Below, piece after piece: positions 46,252 to 55,535 of a stretch of DNA of 64,000 bases. The notes under the pieces were generated by a model. It saw only the letters and a program-made list of their open reading frames with translations, searched no databases and was not told where the DNA came from. The DNA comes from Candidatus Micrarchaeota archaeon (lineage in GTDB: Archaea; Micrarchaeota; Micrarchaeia; Anstonellales; Bilamarchaeaceae): positions 147,120-211,119 of the forward strand of contig JBBSVO010000003.1 in assembly GCA_038046805.1 (NCBI GenBank), given 5' to 3'. Numbering within the stretch: position 1 is the first letter of the stretch; each line of letters opens with the position of its first letter. The translations under genes and the position numbers were made by a program.

Positions 46252-48873
46252 ATGCCAGAAGGAATTGCGACAAGCGCGGAGGGAGTCCATTCGAAAACCT
46301 CCAAAGATGTAATTTCCAAACTTGCCACAAACGAGGATACTGGGATAACCACAGACGAGGCTGCCGCAAGGCTGTCAAAATACGGGCTTAACCTAATCTC
46401 TGGAAAGCACAAAAGAACTGCATTGGATATAATTATAGAACAGCTCAAAAATATCGTATTGATTCTTCTTATAGCTGCATCAATTGTCTCATACTTTACA
46501 GGGCACGTGCTGGACGCAATCGCAATAGCTGCGGCTGTAATCATAAGCGTAATATTCGGCTTCATGTTAGAATATAAAGCAGACCAAAGCCTGCGTGCGC
46601 TTCAAGAGCTCGTTTCGCCAAAGGCACTCGTCACGCGCGGCGGAAAGCATATTACAATAGATGCGGCACATTTGGTTCCTGGAGATATTTTAACAATTGA
46701 AGAAGGGGCAAAGGTTCCTGCAGACTGTCGCATAATCGAAGAGTATGGGTTTGAAGTAAATGAAGCGCCACTTACTGGCGAATCGGTTTCTGTTGTAAAA
46801 ACAATGAACACGTCTGACAAAAACGCTCCTTTATCGGAAAGAACTTGTATGATTTATGCTGGAACCCTTGTAGTGAAAGGACACGCAAAATGCATCGTCG
46901 TTGCTACAGGAGACGAAACCGAAATCGGAAAAATTGCATCAACATTAAGCGGAATAGAAAGCGAAGAAACGCCACTCAAGAAATCGCTTGACGAGCTTGG
47001 GAAGCGCATAAGCCTGGCCGGAATAGCAGTTATACTTCTTTTTTTCATTATCGGAACACTGAACGGCATGGATCCGTCATTCCTGTTCATATTGGGCATA
47101 TCACTTGCAGTAGCCGTAGTGCCTGAAGGCCTGATCACCGTGCTCACGATTATCCTGGCAAATGGGGTTCGCACAATGGCAGAAAACAAGGCACTGGTAC
47201 GAAGAATGAATGTAGTTGAAACCATTGGAAATACTTCTGTCATTGTGGTTGATAAAACCGGAACTATTACTGAAGGAAAAATGTCACTTGTGGAAATTTT
47301 CTCTGATGGTGAAAATATAAGCATATCAGAAGTGCCAGAAGATAACAAAACCCTGAAATATGCATCGATGTGCAACATGGCAAAAATCACTGAAAAAGGA
47401 ATTGTTGGAGATGAAATGGACCGCGCAATACTTCATGCGGCACAGCTTCGTGGGTTTGACATACATGCGCTGAAAAGCACCAAGCCGGTCCTGATAAAGC
47501 CTCTTGATTCTGTGAAAAAGCAGATGTCATGCGCATACGAACAAAGCGGAACAGGAAAATTCATTTCCATAGTAAAAGGCGCTCCGGAGATAGTCTTGTC
47601 ACAGTGCACGCATATAACGGAGAATGGAACTGAAAAACGGCTAAATAATGACCAGAAAAAAAATCTGGAAAAAGAACTTGCACGAATGACTGGAACCGGG
47701 AGACGCGTTCTTGCAGTTGCATGTAAAGAATTAGATAACATAAAAGAAACGAGCGAAAAATCAGCTGAAAGCAATCTCACATTTATAGGTCTTCTTGGAT
47801 TTAGCGACAGACTGAGAGAAGAAGTTGAGGGAACTCTCGCAACGTTCCGCAATGCGGGAATACGTGTGATGATGCTAACCGGAGATAACTTACGAACTGC
47901 GATTTCTATAGGAAAGGAATGCGGACTGATAGATAATGAAAAGGAAGCTGTGGAATGGAAAGAACTCGAGGGTAAAGGAGATAATGAACTAAAAGAACTC
48001 CTGCGCGGGTATAATATAATTGCACGCTCAACACCGATAAGCAAGCTAAGAATAGTTGAGGCGTTGATTAAGACTGGCGAAATAGTAACTGTAACCGGAG
48101 ATGGAGTAAATGATGCGTTAGCGCTCAAAAAAGCGCACGTTGGCGTGGTAATGGGAAGCGGGACCGATGTAAGCAAGGAAGCTGGAAGCCTTATACTCAT
48201 GGACGACAATATTTCCACGCTTGCATCTGCGATCAAATATGGAAGAGGCGTGTTTCACAACATAACTAACTTTGTAAGGTTCCAGTTCACAACCAATATC
48301 GCTACACTCGGGCTGTTTCTGGTTACATTCCTAAGCGGACTTCCAAGCCTGTTAACACCAATTCAGATTCTTTTCATAAACATAATCATGGATGGGCCAC
48401 CTGCACTTGCATTGGGATTTGAGAAATCCGTGGATAGTGTCATGGACGAAAAACCAAGAAAAAATCATAGCGTGCTGACTCACAAGACACTGACGTCAAT
48501 ATCAATGACTGCAGTATTTATGATAATAATAACTTTGCTCGCATATATGTATTTTGAACCGCATGGAAAAAGCACTGCATTAACTGCAACATTCTTCGTG
48601 TTTGTTTCAATGCAACTAGCTAATTCCCTGAACTGCAGGTTTCACAAAGACCACTTCTTTTCAAAGCCATCTTCTAACCCATACCTGTTTGCCACCATAG
48701 TTGTAATGGGACTGGTATTATTGGTTATGGCATATGTTCCAGAACTGCATGAGATATTCTCGATAATAAACCCAGATAAAAATATTTTATTCGTTGCTGG
48801 AATTGCAGGGCTGGGGGTGTTGTTGTTTGAAGAAATGAAAAAGGCTACGATGACAAGATTGGTGGAGTATTAA
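46252..48873 (+). CDS. P2-type cation (Ca2+-like) transporting ATPase
   Basis: TGES, PEGL, DKTGT, KGAPE, TGDGVND, INIIMDGPPALAL. Confidence 0.93.
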   Translation: MPEGIATSAEGVHSKTSKDVISKLATNEDTGITTDEAAARLSKYGLNLISGKHKRTALDIIIEQLKNIVLILLIAASIVSYFTGHVLDAIAIAAAVIISVIFGFMLEYKADQSLRALQELVSPKALVTRGGKHITIDAAHLVPGDILTIEEGAKVPADCRIIEEYGFEVNEAPLTGESVSVVKTMNTSDKNAPLSERTCMIYAGTLVVKGHAKCIVVATGDETEIGKIASTLSGIESEETPLKKSLDELGKRISLAGIAVILLFFIIGTLNGMDPSFLFILGISLAVAVVPEGLITVLTIILANGVRTMAENKALVRRMNVVETIGNTSVIVVDKTGTITEGKMSLVEIFSDGENISISEVPEDNKTLKYASMCNMAKITEKGIVGDEMDRAILHAAQLRGFDIHALKSTKPVLIKPLDSVKKQMSCAYEQSGTGKFISIVKGAPEIVLSQCTHITENGTEKRLNNDQKKNLEKELARMTGTGRRVLAVACKELDNIKETSEKSAESNLTFIGLLGFSDRLREEVEGTLATFRNAGIRVMMLTGDNLRTAISIGKECGLIDNEKEAVEWKELEGKGDNELKELLRGYNIIARSTPISKLRIVEALIKTGEIVTVTGDGVNDALALKKAHVGVVMGSGTDVSKEAGSLILMDDNISTLASAIKYGRGVFHNITNFVRFQFTTNIATLGLFLVTFLSGLPSLLTPIQILFINIIMDGPPALALGFEKSVDSVMDEKPRKNHSVLTHKTLTSISMTAVFMIIITLLAYMYFEPHGKSTALTATFFVFVSMQLANSLNCRFHKDHFFSKPSSNPYLFATIVVMGLVLLVMAYVPELHEIFSIINPDKNILFVAGIAGLGVLLFEEMKKATMTRLVEY

Positions 48874-48937
48874 TACTGATTGCTGCTAGCTGCTGGGTAC
48901 TAGCTACTACCTAGAAGCCAGAACCCAGTACCAACAG

Positions 48938-49738
48938 TTACTTTATCCCCAACATCGTCACATTAAATATTAGCGTCTGACCCGCAAGCGGATGATTCTC
49001 ATCCAGAATTACATTCGTCTCATTTATGGAAATAACACGCACGAATTTCTGCATTCCGGCCTTGCTGTCAAACGTAACGTAATCCTTGCCCTCTTCCAAA
49101 TCGTATTTTATTGTGAATGAATTCACGGATTTGTTTGCAACAATCTGGGGGAGGCCATTGAATTTGAATTTTGAACCTACAGGTAGCAGATATTCCAAAG
49201 TCGCAGTTTCGTTTGTGAAATTATAGATTGAGACTAGCCCGATGTTTGTCTGGAAAACAGAATCGTTCTTTATTTCAACATTTTGCGTCTTCAGCCAGGC
49301 CATAGGGACTTCTTCAAACCTCTCTTTTTCATAATAAAGCGGGATTGAAGTGAGCTTGTTTGGATCAAAAACCCCGTATCCCTTTTCCGGTGGAATTTCT
49401 ATCTGCCGTTTTCCACCCTCCTTCATTCCTATTACACCTTCAACGAATCCATCTATTAAGCCTACACCTTTGGTAACCGTAAACTTGAGTGGGAAGTATT
49501 TTCTAAGAGGGTCGTATATGCCAGAGCCTTTGGCAACTGATTCCGAATTGGTGTCATAGACCGTGCCATTTTGGAGGATAAGGGCGTATTCCACTGCAAC
49601 GGCATCCCCATATTGGACAACCTTTTCGAATGTAGTATTCTTACCAGGTTCTGGAGGTTTGATATCCGCAGGCTGCCCTATGCACCCGAACAACAGAAAG
49701 ATTCCAAGGATTAGAATGACAAAAAGATTGGCTTTCAT
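48938..49738 (-). CDS. FKBP-type (SlyD-like long) peptidyl-prolyl isomerase, lipoprotein
   Basis: Lipobox LLFGC; GTVYDT, GFVEGVIGMKEG, PPEKGYG, DENHPLAGQTLIF. Confidence 0.9.
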   Translation of the reverse strand: MKANLFVILILGIFLLFGCIGQPADIKPPEPGKNTTFEKVVQYGDAVAVEYALILQNGTVYDTNSESVAKGSGIYDPLRKYFPLKFTVTKGVGLIDGFVEGVIGMKEGGKRQIEIPPEKGYGVFDPNKLTSIPLYYEKERFEEVPMAWLKTQNVEIKNDSVFQTNIGLVSIYNFTNETATLEYLLPVGSKFKFNGLPQIVANKSVNSFTIKYDLEEGKDYVTFDSKAGMQKFVRVISINETNVILDENHPLAGQTLIFNVTMLGIK

Positions 49739-49790
49739 AAAAAGACATCTCTGCCATTGTTTAAAATTATTTGCCCGCCCAGATAAACTC

Positions 49791-50120
49791 ATGGTTGCCA
49801 GGATAGGAATTAATATTAAACAGACTGTAGTGGTCGCTGCCACTGCAGGAGTAATTGCATTTGCTTCATTACTTCCAAAAATTGCACATGATAATCAACA
49901 ACGAGATGAAACACGTTCCAGATGGATACAAAAACAGATCGTATTCGCAGAAGGATTGCAAAAAAGAACCAGAATACAAGGAACCATAGGACTCGTGGAA
50001 CGTATTGCAGAAGACGAGACCATGAAAGCATCTGCAGGAAAACTGTTTGAAAGGGCAGGGGGATGCAAACACTTCAAAAAAATTGGACCGTTACAAGAAG
50101 AACTCGCGGCACAAAAATAA
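49791..50120 (+). CDS. Hypothetical protein with N-terminal hydrophobic segment
   Basis: ORF divergent from FKBP gene. Confidence 0.45.
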   Translation: MVARIGINIKQTVVVAATAGVIAFASLLPKIAHDNQQRDETRSRWIQKQIVFAEGLQKRTRIQGTIGLVERIAEDETMKASAGKLFERAGGCKHFKKIGPLQEELAAQK

Positions 50121-50130
50121 AATAAAAAAG

Positions 50131-50365
50131 TGGGGTCATAGAGATCGTCAGCTTTGCTGGCGAATTTTGAAATCGCCAGATTTCAATGCTTTTGAACTCT
50201 AACATGCTGGTTTCGCGGCCCTAAATTCCGCAATTAAGCGGAGGGATCTGGAGCCAGCCGCGCTACCTGGCAACACAGTTTTCAGTTTTCCGTTTCCAGT
50301 TCCGTGCGCTAAAACAATATGCGAAACCGGAAACTCGTGACCAAAAACTCTTACGCCATGACCCC
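50131..50365 (-). tRNA. tRNA-Trp(CCA) with three introns (15/16: 50271-50350; 37/38: 50212-50247; 59/60: 50145-50190)
   Basis: Spliced 73-nt cloverleaf GGGGTCA TG GCGT AA|CCAGGTA GCGC G GCTGG CT CCA G|A CCAGC ATGT TAGAG TTCAAA|T CTCTA TGACCCC A; D-loop junction forms a full BHB and gives an A15-U48 Levitt pair. Confidence 0.88.
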
Positions 50366-50464
50366 TAAACAGGAATAATCTGATTGAACTAGTTTATATT
50401 GGTAACGAACAAAGGTACACCGTATTTAAATAAATACGAATCATACAAACTGAGGTGAATTTCA

Positions 50465-50680
50465 ATGAACGGTTGTAGAATAATCAGCGGGCTACTGGTA
50501 TTGGCATCAGGCGCCTCGTTTTTGGGTCTTGCATATGGAGTACTGGATGCAAAGACAACTTATACCGTGGCCGGTCTTGCACTAGGAATTTTTGGTTTGC
50601 ACAAATTGCTTGCATGTATGGGGATTTGCCAATGCTGTAAGGAAGAACAATGCTGCAAAGACGAAAAATGCTGCAAGTAA
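50465..50680 (+). CDS. Small 2-TM protein with Cys-rich tail
   Basis: GAGGTGA RBS; tail CMGICQCCKEEQCCKDEKCCK. Confidence 0.72.
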   Translation: MNGCRIISGLLVLASGASFLGLAYGVLDAKTTYTVAGLALGIFGLHKLLACMGICQCCKEEQCCKDEKCCK

Positions 50681-50697
50681 AATTTTTTTTTAATATT

Positions 50698-50928
50698 TGT
50701 CAAAAACCACCAGTTAGAGACCTGGCTTGTTTATTTTTGACAGATGTCAAGAACGACCGATAAAACTTATCGAAGTTTTATGGTCCATAAATCGATGCGT
50801 CGATTTATCGGACGATTCGTTCTTGAGCATGTTCGTGACCGATGCGTCGGTCGCGACATAGATCTTCCCCATAGAACTGGTGTTTCTTGGGTGACCACCA
50901 GTTACAAACTGGTGGAATATCTAGATTT
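50698..50928. repeat. Repeat family B copy interrupted by a family A element
   Basis: Left arm TGTCAAAAACCACCAGTTAGAGACC..TTTTTGACAG and right arm GTGACCACCAGTTACAAACTGGTGGAATATCTAGATTT align to 9350-9466. Confidence 0.75.
50745..50858. repeat. Branched palindromic element family A, copy 2
   Basis: Aligns end-to-end with 17584-17722, with compensatory stem changes and a shorter third arm. Confidence 0.85.
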
Positions 50929-50958
50929 TAATATTTTTAAGGAATCCGGGCGAAAAAT

Positions 50959-51369
50959 ATGAAATCCAAGACCGCTTACCTGACTTTTAATACGCGAAAT
51001 CGCATTGAATTCGTACGGATTACTGACGAAATTGAAAAGGTTGTCCGCGAAAGCGGAGTAAAGGAAGGGCTTGTTCTTGTCAATCCAATGCACATAACTG
51101 CCGCAGTTATTGTAAACGATAACGAAAGCGGATTGATCGAGGATTACAAACGCGTGCTTGAGCGGCTTGTGCCCTATCGCGCGGATTATGCACACAACAT
51201 GGGAGAGGACAATGCTGCCTCGCATATCTGGCGCCAGTTGATGGGCCATCAGGTTGTAATGGCAATAACGAACGGTCGTCTCGACCTTGGAACCTGGGAG
51301 CAGATTTTCTATTGCGAGTTTGATGGACGACGGAATAAACGGGTTTTGATGAAGGTTATCGGGGAATGA
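50959..51369 (+). CDS. yjbQ: YjbQ/UPF0047 family protein
   Basis: [31 protein letters not shown]. Confidence 0.92.
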   Translation: MKSKTAYLTFNTRNRIEFVRITDEIEKVVRESGVKEGLVLVNPMHITAAVIVNDNESGLIEDYKRVLERLVPYRADYAHNMGEDNAASHIWRQLMGHQVVMAITNGRLDLGTWEQIFYCEFDGRRNKRVLMKVIGE

Positions 51370-51383
51370 AACTCTCCCTATTT

Positions 51384-52343
51384 TCAGTGCAATCTCCGTT
51401 TGCCCCTCATTTTTTTATGATCTTCGATTATTCGATTTATCAAAAAATAAGTAAACTCCTTAAAACCACCAAAGTGGGCTTTTTCCTGTGTTTCGAAGTA
51501 CTCATCTCGTTTCTCATAAGGTATATCTAAAAATGGAAAGCCGTTGATCTGTAAAATATAGTTCATAAGCAGTCTAGCCATTCTGCCATTACCATCTGCA
51601 AATGGATGTATCGTTACCAGTCTTGCATGAAATTTCGCCGCGAGTTCTACTGGATGAATTTTATCCTTATTCTCCTTATACCAAGCCATTAATCCAGCCA
51701 TTAGATTTGGAACGTCCTTCCAATTTGGAAATTCGTATTTACTGGTGCGTATAAACACATTTACTGTTCTCCATACTCCACGGTGCGCCCCATAACCCGG
51801 AATTGCCTTAAGTAAAAGAAAATGCAATTTTAATATCTCATTTTCTGTTATTTCAGCCCGATCTTCCAAATATCCATCATACAATTCAAGGCATTTTTCC
51901 ATATTTATAACTTCAAGTTCTTCTTCATCAGCTTCATAATTTTTCTTTAGTTCCAGTATCTTTCTGGTTTGATCCAATGTTATTCTGCTTCCTTCTATTG
52001 CATTTGTATTTGTGATGAATATTTCTCTTTGCTGCCCCAACCATGCCTTTCTACTTTTTTTATCCATCTCTTCAAATAATTTTTTATGCTCGTTTTTTAT
52101 TCTTTCGAGCTTTAGCACTATCTTTCTGTCGATAAATTCAGTTTTTGACCTGATGAGCTCGTTTTCAAGATAGTTACTTACTTTTTGATCCAGTCTTTTC
52201 GCTAGTTCTTTCAGCTTAGTTTCAGCTGGCTTCACTGAACCAAGATATAAATAGATTTTTTTCCATTTTTTATCCGCTAATCTAATTGTTTTTTCAAGGT
52301 AGTAATAAGTCCTTCCTTTTACTTTTCGTTCCGTTATTCCCAT
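51384..52343 (-). CDS. Fic-domain protein with N-terminal YYYL domain
   Basis: TNAIEG inhibitory-type motif; canonical HPFADGNGRMAR. Confidence 0.92.
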   Translation of the reverse strand: MGITERKVKGRTYYYLEKTIRLADKKWKKIYLYLGSVKPAETKLKELAKRLDQKVSNYLENELIRSKTEFIDRKIVLKLERIKNEHKKLFEEMDKKSRKAWLGQQREIFITNTNAIEGSRITLDQTRKILELKKNYEADEEELEVINMEKCLELYDGYLEDRAEITENEILKLHFLLLKAIPGYGAHRGVWRTVNVFIRTSKYEFPNWKDVPNLMAGLMAWYKENKDKIHPVELAAKFHARLVTIHPFADGNGRMARLLMNYILQINGFPFLDIPYEKRDEYFETQEKAHFGGFKEFTYFLINRIIEDHKKMRGKRRLH

Positions 52344-52348
52344 ACATA

Positions 52349-52426
52349 GTTACAACCACTAAACTATTTAAATATTGTGGTTATAACCTACAACCACAGG
52401 ATAGATTTGAAAATGTGGTTATAACC
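52349..52426. promoter_or_regulatory. Putative operator repeats upstream of Fic gene
   Basis: TGTGGTTATAACC twice (palindromic core GGTTATAACC) plus TACAACCAC half-sites around a TATTTAAATA box. Confidence 0.6.
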
Positions 52427-52453
52427 AATTAACAAGACGGGTTTTGGTAAAGG

Positions 52454-52981
52454 TTATTGGGGGGCAGTTTGGGTTTCGGGTTGCTTGCGCGGCTTGGACT
52501 GTACCCATCTAGCCATGAACTCTATCGCTCCTGCTAGAAATAGCATAAATCCAGTAATCACCCATTGTTTCATTTTCTCATCAGATGCTTTTTCCTCACC
52601 TAAGGAGAGTAATTCTGATTTGTTATCAACCCTGCTGCAGTTGATCGGGGCTGTGCCAGCAGCTATCCCGATATTACCAGGGCTGCAAACCTCAAGAGTG
52701 CAATCTGCAGGAATTGATTTTGCCATATCTCGCGCTTCTGAAAACGAAATTTTTTTCTCCATTTGACCGTAGGCGGTTTCACAGGTCAAAACAGTTTGTG
52801 GTTTTGAATCATAGAAACCCGTATATGCTACTTCTGCCAAAACCGCGCACCATACAAATGCACGAACTACAGGCACGCTGCCCTTAGGACCAATCAAACA
52901 TCGCCCGAATTTTCTTAACCCGCTTTTCTGACCCGGGTCAGTTGCCGCCTTTGCGCCATTTTGTACAGAAACAGAATTCAT
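52454..52981 (-). CDS. Hypothetical 2-TM protein
   Basis: GGTG RBS; two hydrophobic segments. Confidence 0.55.
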   Translation of the reverse strand: MNSVSVQNGAKAATDPGQKSGLRKFGRCLIGPKGSVPVVRAFVWCAVLAEVAYTGFYDSKPQTVLTCETAYGQMEKKISFSEARDMAKSIPADCTLEVCSPGNIGIAAGTAPINCSRVDNKSELLSLGEEKASDEKMKQWVITGFMLFLAGAIEFMARWVQSKPRKQPETQTAPQ

Positions 52982-53025
52982 AACAACACCAATAGCTTTA
53001 TTATTAATGCGATAATTATAAAATC

Positions 53026-53847
53026 ATGCCTGACAAACTCAAAAAATTAGCAGAAGAAAACAAGACGATTCTTTGTTTTGGAATAGACCCAGATATCCAG
53101 AGGATAAACGGGAAAAAGGGAAGCGGAACAATAGAAGAACAGATTATGCAGTTTTATTCCGCAATAACCGACGCGCTCCTTGACGAGAACCAAATCTCTG
53201 CAATAAAACCAAATTATGCCTATTTTGCCCAGTATGGATTTGACGGGCTACGTGCGCTCAAGAACATCATTGAACAGTATCAGAATCGCACGTTCGTAAT
53301 ACTTGACGGAAAACGCGGAGATATTGGAAAATCAAGCGAGGCATACTCTCGCGAAGTTTATGACTTCTGGGGTGCGGACGCTTGCACAGTTTCACCATAC
53401 CTGGGCGCGGATTCAATCGCACCGTTCATGCGGGACGGAAAACTCGCTTATGTTTTGTGCCGCACTTCGAACGAAGGAGCAACGGATTTCCAGGAATTGA
53501 AAATCGGAAAGAAATATTTATACGAAATGGTAGCTGAAAAAGCGGTCGGATGGGGCGGAAATACGAACGGCAGTTGTGGGCTCGTTGTCGGTGCAACCAG
53601 CGATTCAATCGTGCGGATTACAAAAATAACAAAGAACCGCATTCCGATGCTCATTCCCGGAATAGGTGCACAGGACGGAGACCTAGAACTAGTCATGAAA
53701 TCCGTGCGCAGTAATCCGTACATCCACCGAATAAACGCGTCATCGTCAATTGCGTTTGCATATGAAAAGGAAAAGGGCACAACTCCAATTAGCGCTGCAC
53801 TAAAGGAAGCTAAAAAACTTAACGAGAGTATACGAAAATATCTCTGA
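53026..53847 (+). CDS. pyrF: Orotidine-5'-phosphate decarboxylase
   Basis: LCFGIDP, KPNYAYF, DGKRGDIG, VLCRTSN, GLVVGAT, PGIGAQ. Confidence 0.95.
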   Translation: MPDKLKKLAEENKTILCFGIDPDIQRINGKKGSGTIEEQIMQFYSAITDALLDENQISAIKPNYAYFAQYGFDGLRALKNIIEQYQNRTFVILDGKRGDIGKSSEAYSREVYDFWGADACTVSPYLGADSIAPFMRDGKLAYVLCRTSNEGATDFQELKIGKKYLYEMVAEKAVGWGGNTNGSCGLVVGATSDSIVRITKITKNRIPMLIPGIGAQDGDLELVMKSVRSNPYIHRINASSSIAFAYEKEKGTTPISAALKEAKKLNESIRKYL

Positions 53848-53848
53848 T

Positions 53849-54712
53849 TTATCCAAGCTGAATCTCTTTGGGAATTCCCGCACCAGAGCCCGCCTTTGGC
53901 ATCGTCTTCTTTGGAAGGAAGAAAATACCCAACAGCGAAAGCACTGCAAGACCAGCAAACATCCACACCGGCCTGAGCAAAACCCCTCTTAACACATCGC
54001 TTGCACCGCCAACAGCCGCAGAGATTGCCTCTGTAAGCTGTACTGGAACTTCTGGACCTGCGATTGAAGAGGAGATTTTCGACAATATCGCTGGAAATAC
54101 GAAATAAGCTATTCCGACCAAAATCAAATCAATAATGCACAGAACAAGAGACATGAAACAAAGAGTTCTCAAGGCATTTTTGAAATTCCAGTCATCAATG
54201 AAAAGAAATAGTAATGCGATAATTGCCAAAAATATGAATGCTCCGACAAGCGGGATAAAAAAGGATGACAGAAACACTGCCTTTGGCATAAATTCTGAGG
54301 CCATTGCAGAGATTACCGGCTTTGTGACACCCTTGGAAAGCTCTGTTTTGAATCCACTTACGTCGCTTATTTCCCCGGCAGATACCTTTGCACATATTTC
54401 CTGCATATTAAACTGCATCATTCTGTCCCCGCCGTCTCCCTGAGTTTCCTGACTGGCTGCGGAGACTAATTCTGGATTTTGGCATGCTAGTTTTAACTGC
54501 TCAAAATCAACATCCGAAGATGAAAGCTCTGGCAATTGCGCTTCAAGAGCTGAGAGAGCAATTGGAGACAGCCCTTTTTCAAGAGAGGCTGAAAGAACCT
54601 GCATATCCTGAGGAAGAGAAAAAAACATCGCAGCAAGGGAAAGCGCAAGAAAACCAATACCCAGAAGAATAAACGAAATTAGCCCAATAAGAAAACTTTT
54701 TATGCCTACCAT
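53849..54712 (-). CDS. Hypothetical multi-pass membrane protein
   Basis: One N-terminal and three C-terminal TM helices. Confidence 0.65.
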   Translation of the reverse strand: MVGIKSFLIGLISFILLGIGFLALSLAAMFFSLPQDMQVLSASLEKGLSPIALSALEAQLPELSSSDVDFEQLKLACQNPELVSAASQETQGDGGDRMMQFNMQEICAKVSAGEISDVSGFKTELSKGVTKPVISAMASEFMPKAVFLSSFFIPLVGAFIFLAIIALLFLFIDDWNFKNALRTLCFMSLVLCIIDLILVGIAYFVFPAILSKISSSIAGPEVPVQLTEAISAAVGGASDVLRGVLLRPVWMFAGLAVLSLLGIFFLPKKTMPKAGSGAGIPKEIQLG

Positions 54713-54725
54713 GGTTTGAGATAAT

Positions 54726-55496
54726 GTGGCAAGCATTAAGAATATTATCAGGAAGCTTTGTCTTCCTTCCAAATACTCGCATAAAGGCCAGAATGGAAAA
54801 TTGCTGATTATAGGTGGAAGCAGATGGTATCATGGAGCGCCAATGCTCGCGATTCTCGCTGCACGAAGGTTCGTTGATTTAGTCTATTTTTATCCTGGAG
54901 AATGGAACGAACAGATTATTAGGGCAGTGAAGACAATCCCTGAGGTTATTGTTCTTCCGAACTTGCGGAGGATTGAAGAAATGGATTGCGTTCTTTTTGG
55001 TATCGGACTTGGAAACGCAATGTTTCCCATGCAAACGATTTCTGGAGCAAAACGACTAGTGATTGATGGCGACGGGCTAAAGCGGATTAAAGGAAGATTC
55101 GAACTAGCAAAGGGAGCAATCCTTACTCCACACGAGGGAGAGTTCGGGCTTCTTTTTGGGATAAGCGGAACAAAAGAAAATGTAAAGAAAATGGCGAAAA
55201 AGTACGGGTGTGTGATTTTGAAAAAAGACCCTAGGGGGGATATCATCACGGACGGAAAACAAATTTTTGTGAACCGCACGCACAATCAGGGGATGACAAA
55301 AGGCGGGACAGGCGATGTGCTTTCCGGATTGGTGGCTGCGCTTGCGTGTAAAAATGAACCGCTTGTTGCGACGATTGCCGGCGCGCACTTCTGCGGAACT
55401 ACTGGAAACGTGCTGAAAAAGGAATTTGGATTCAATTTCTCTGCGAGTGATCTGGCAAATGGACTGGCAAGAACGATTAAACAGATTTGGAAGTAA
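54726..55496 (+). CDS. nnrD: ADP/ATP-dependent NAD(P)H-hydrate dehydratase
   Basis: SHKGQNGKLLIIGGS..Y.GAP, ILTPHEGEF, GGTGDVLSG. Confidence 0.9.
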   Translation: MASIKNIIRKLCLPSKYSHKGQNGKLLIIGGSRWYHGAPMLAILAARRFVDLVYFYPGEWNEQIIRAVKTIPEVIVLPNLRRIEEMDCVLFGIGLGNAMFPMQTISGAKRLVIDGDGLKRIKGRFELAKGAILTPHEGEFGLLFGISGTKENVKKMAKKYGCVILKKDPRGDIITDGKQIFVNRTHNQGMTKGGTGDVLSGLVAALACKNEPLVATIAGAHFCGTTGNVLKKEFGFNFSASDLANGLARTIKQIWK

Positions 55497-55535
55497 AGAG
55501 CAAAATTATAAACTAATTTACACAGATAACCGCAT

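Noticed and set aside
43836..48236. Long antisense ORFs opposite the P-type ATPases
   Set aside because: Shadow frames of well-conserved genes; no independent motifs
50744..50962. 72-aa plus-strand ORF
   Set aside because: Translation of the palindromic A/B repeat elements; no protein features
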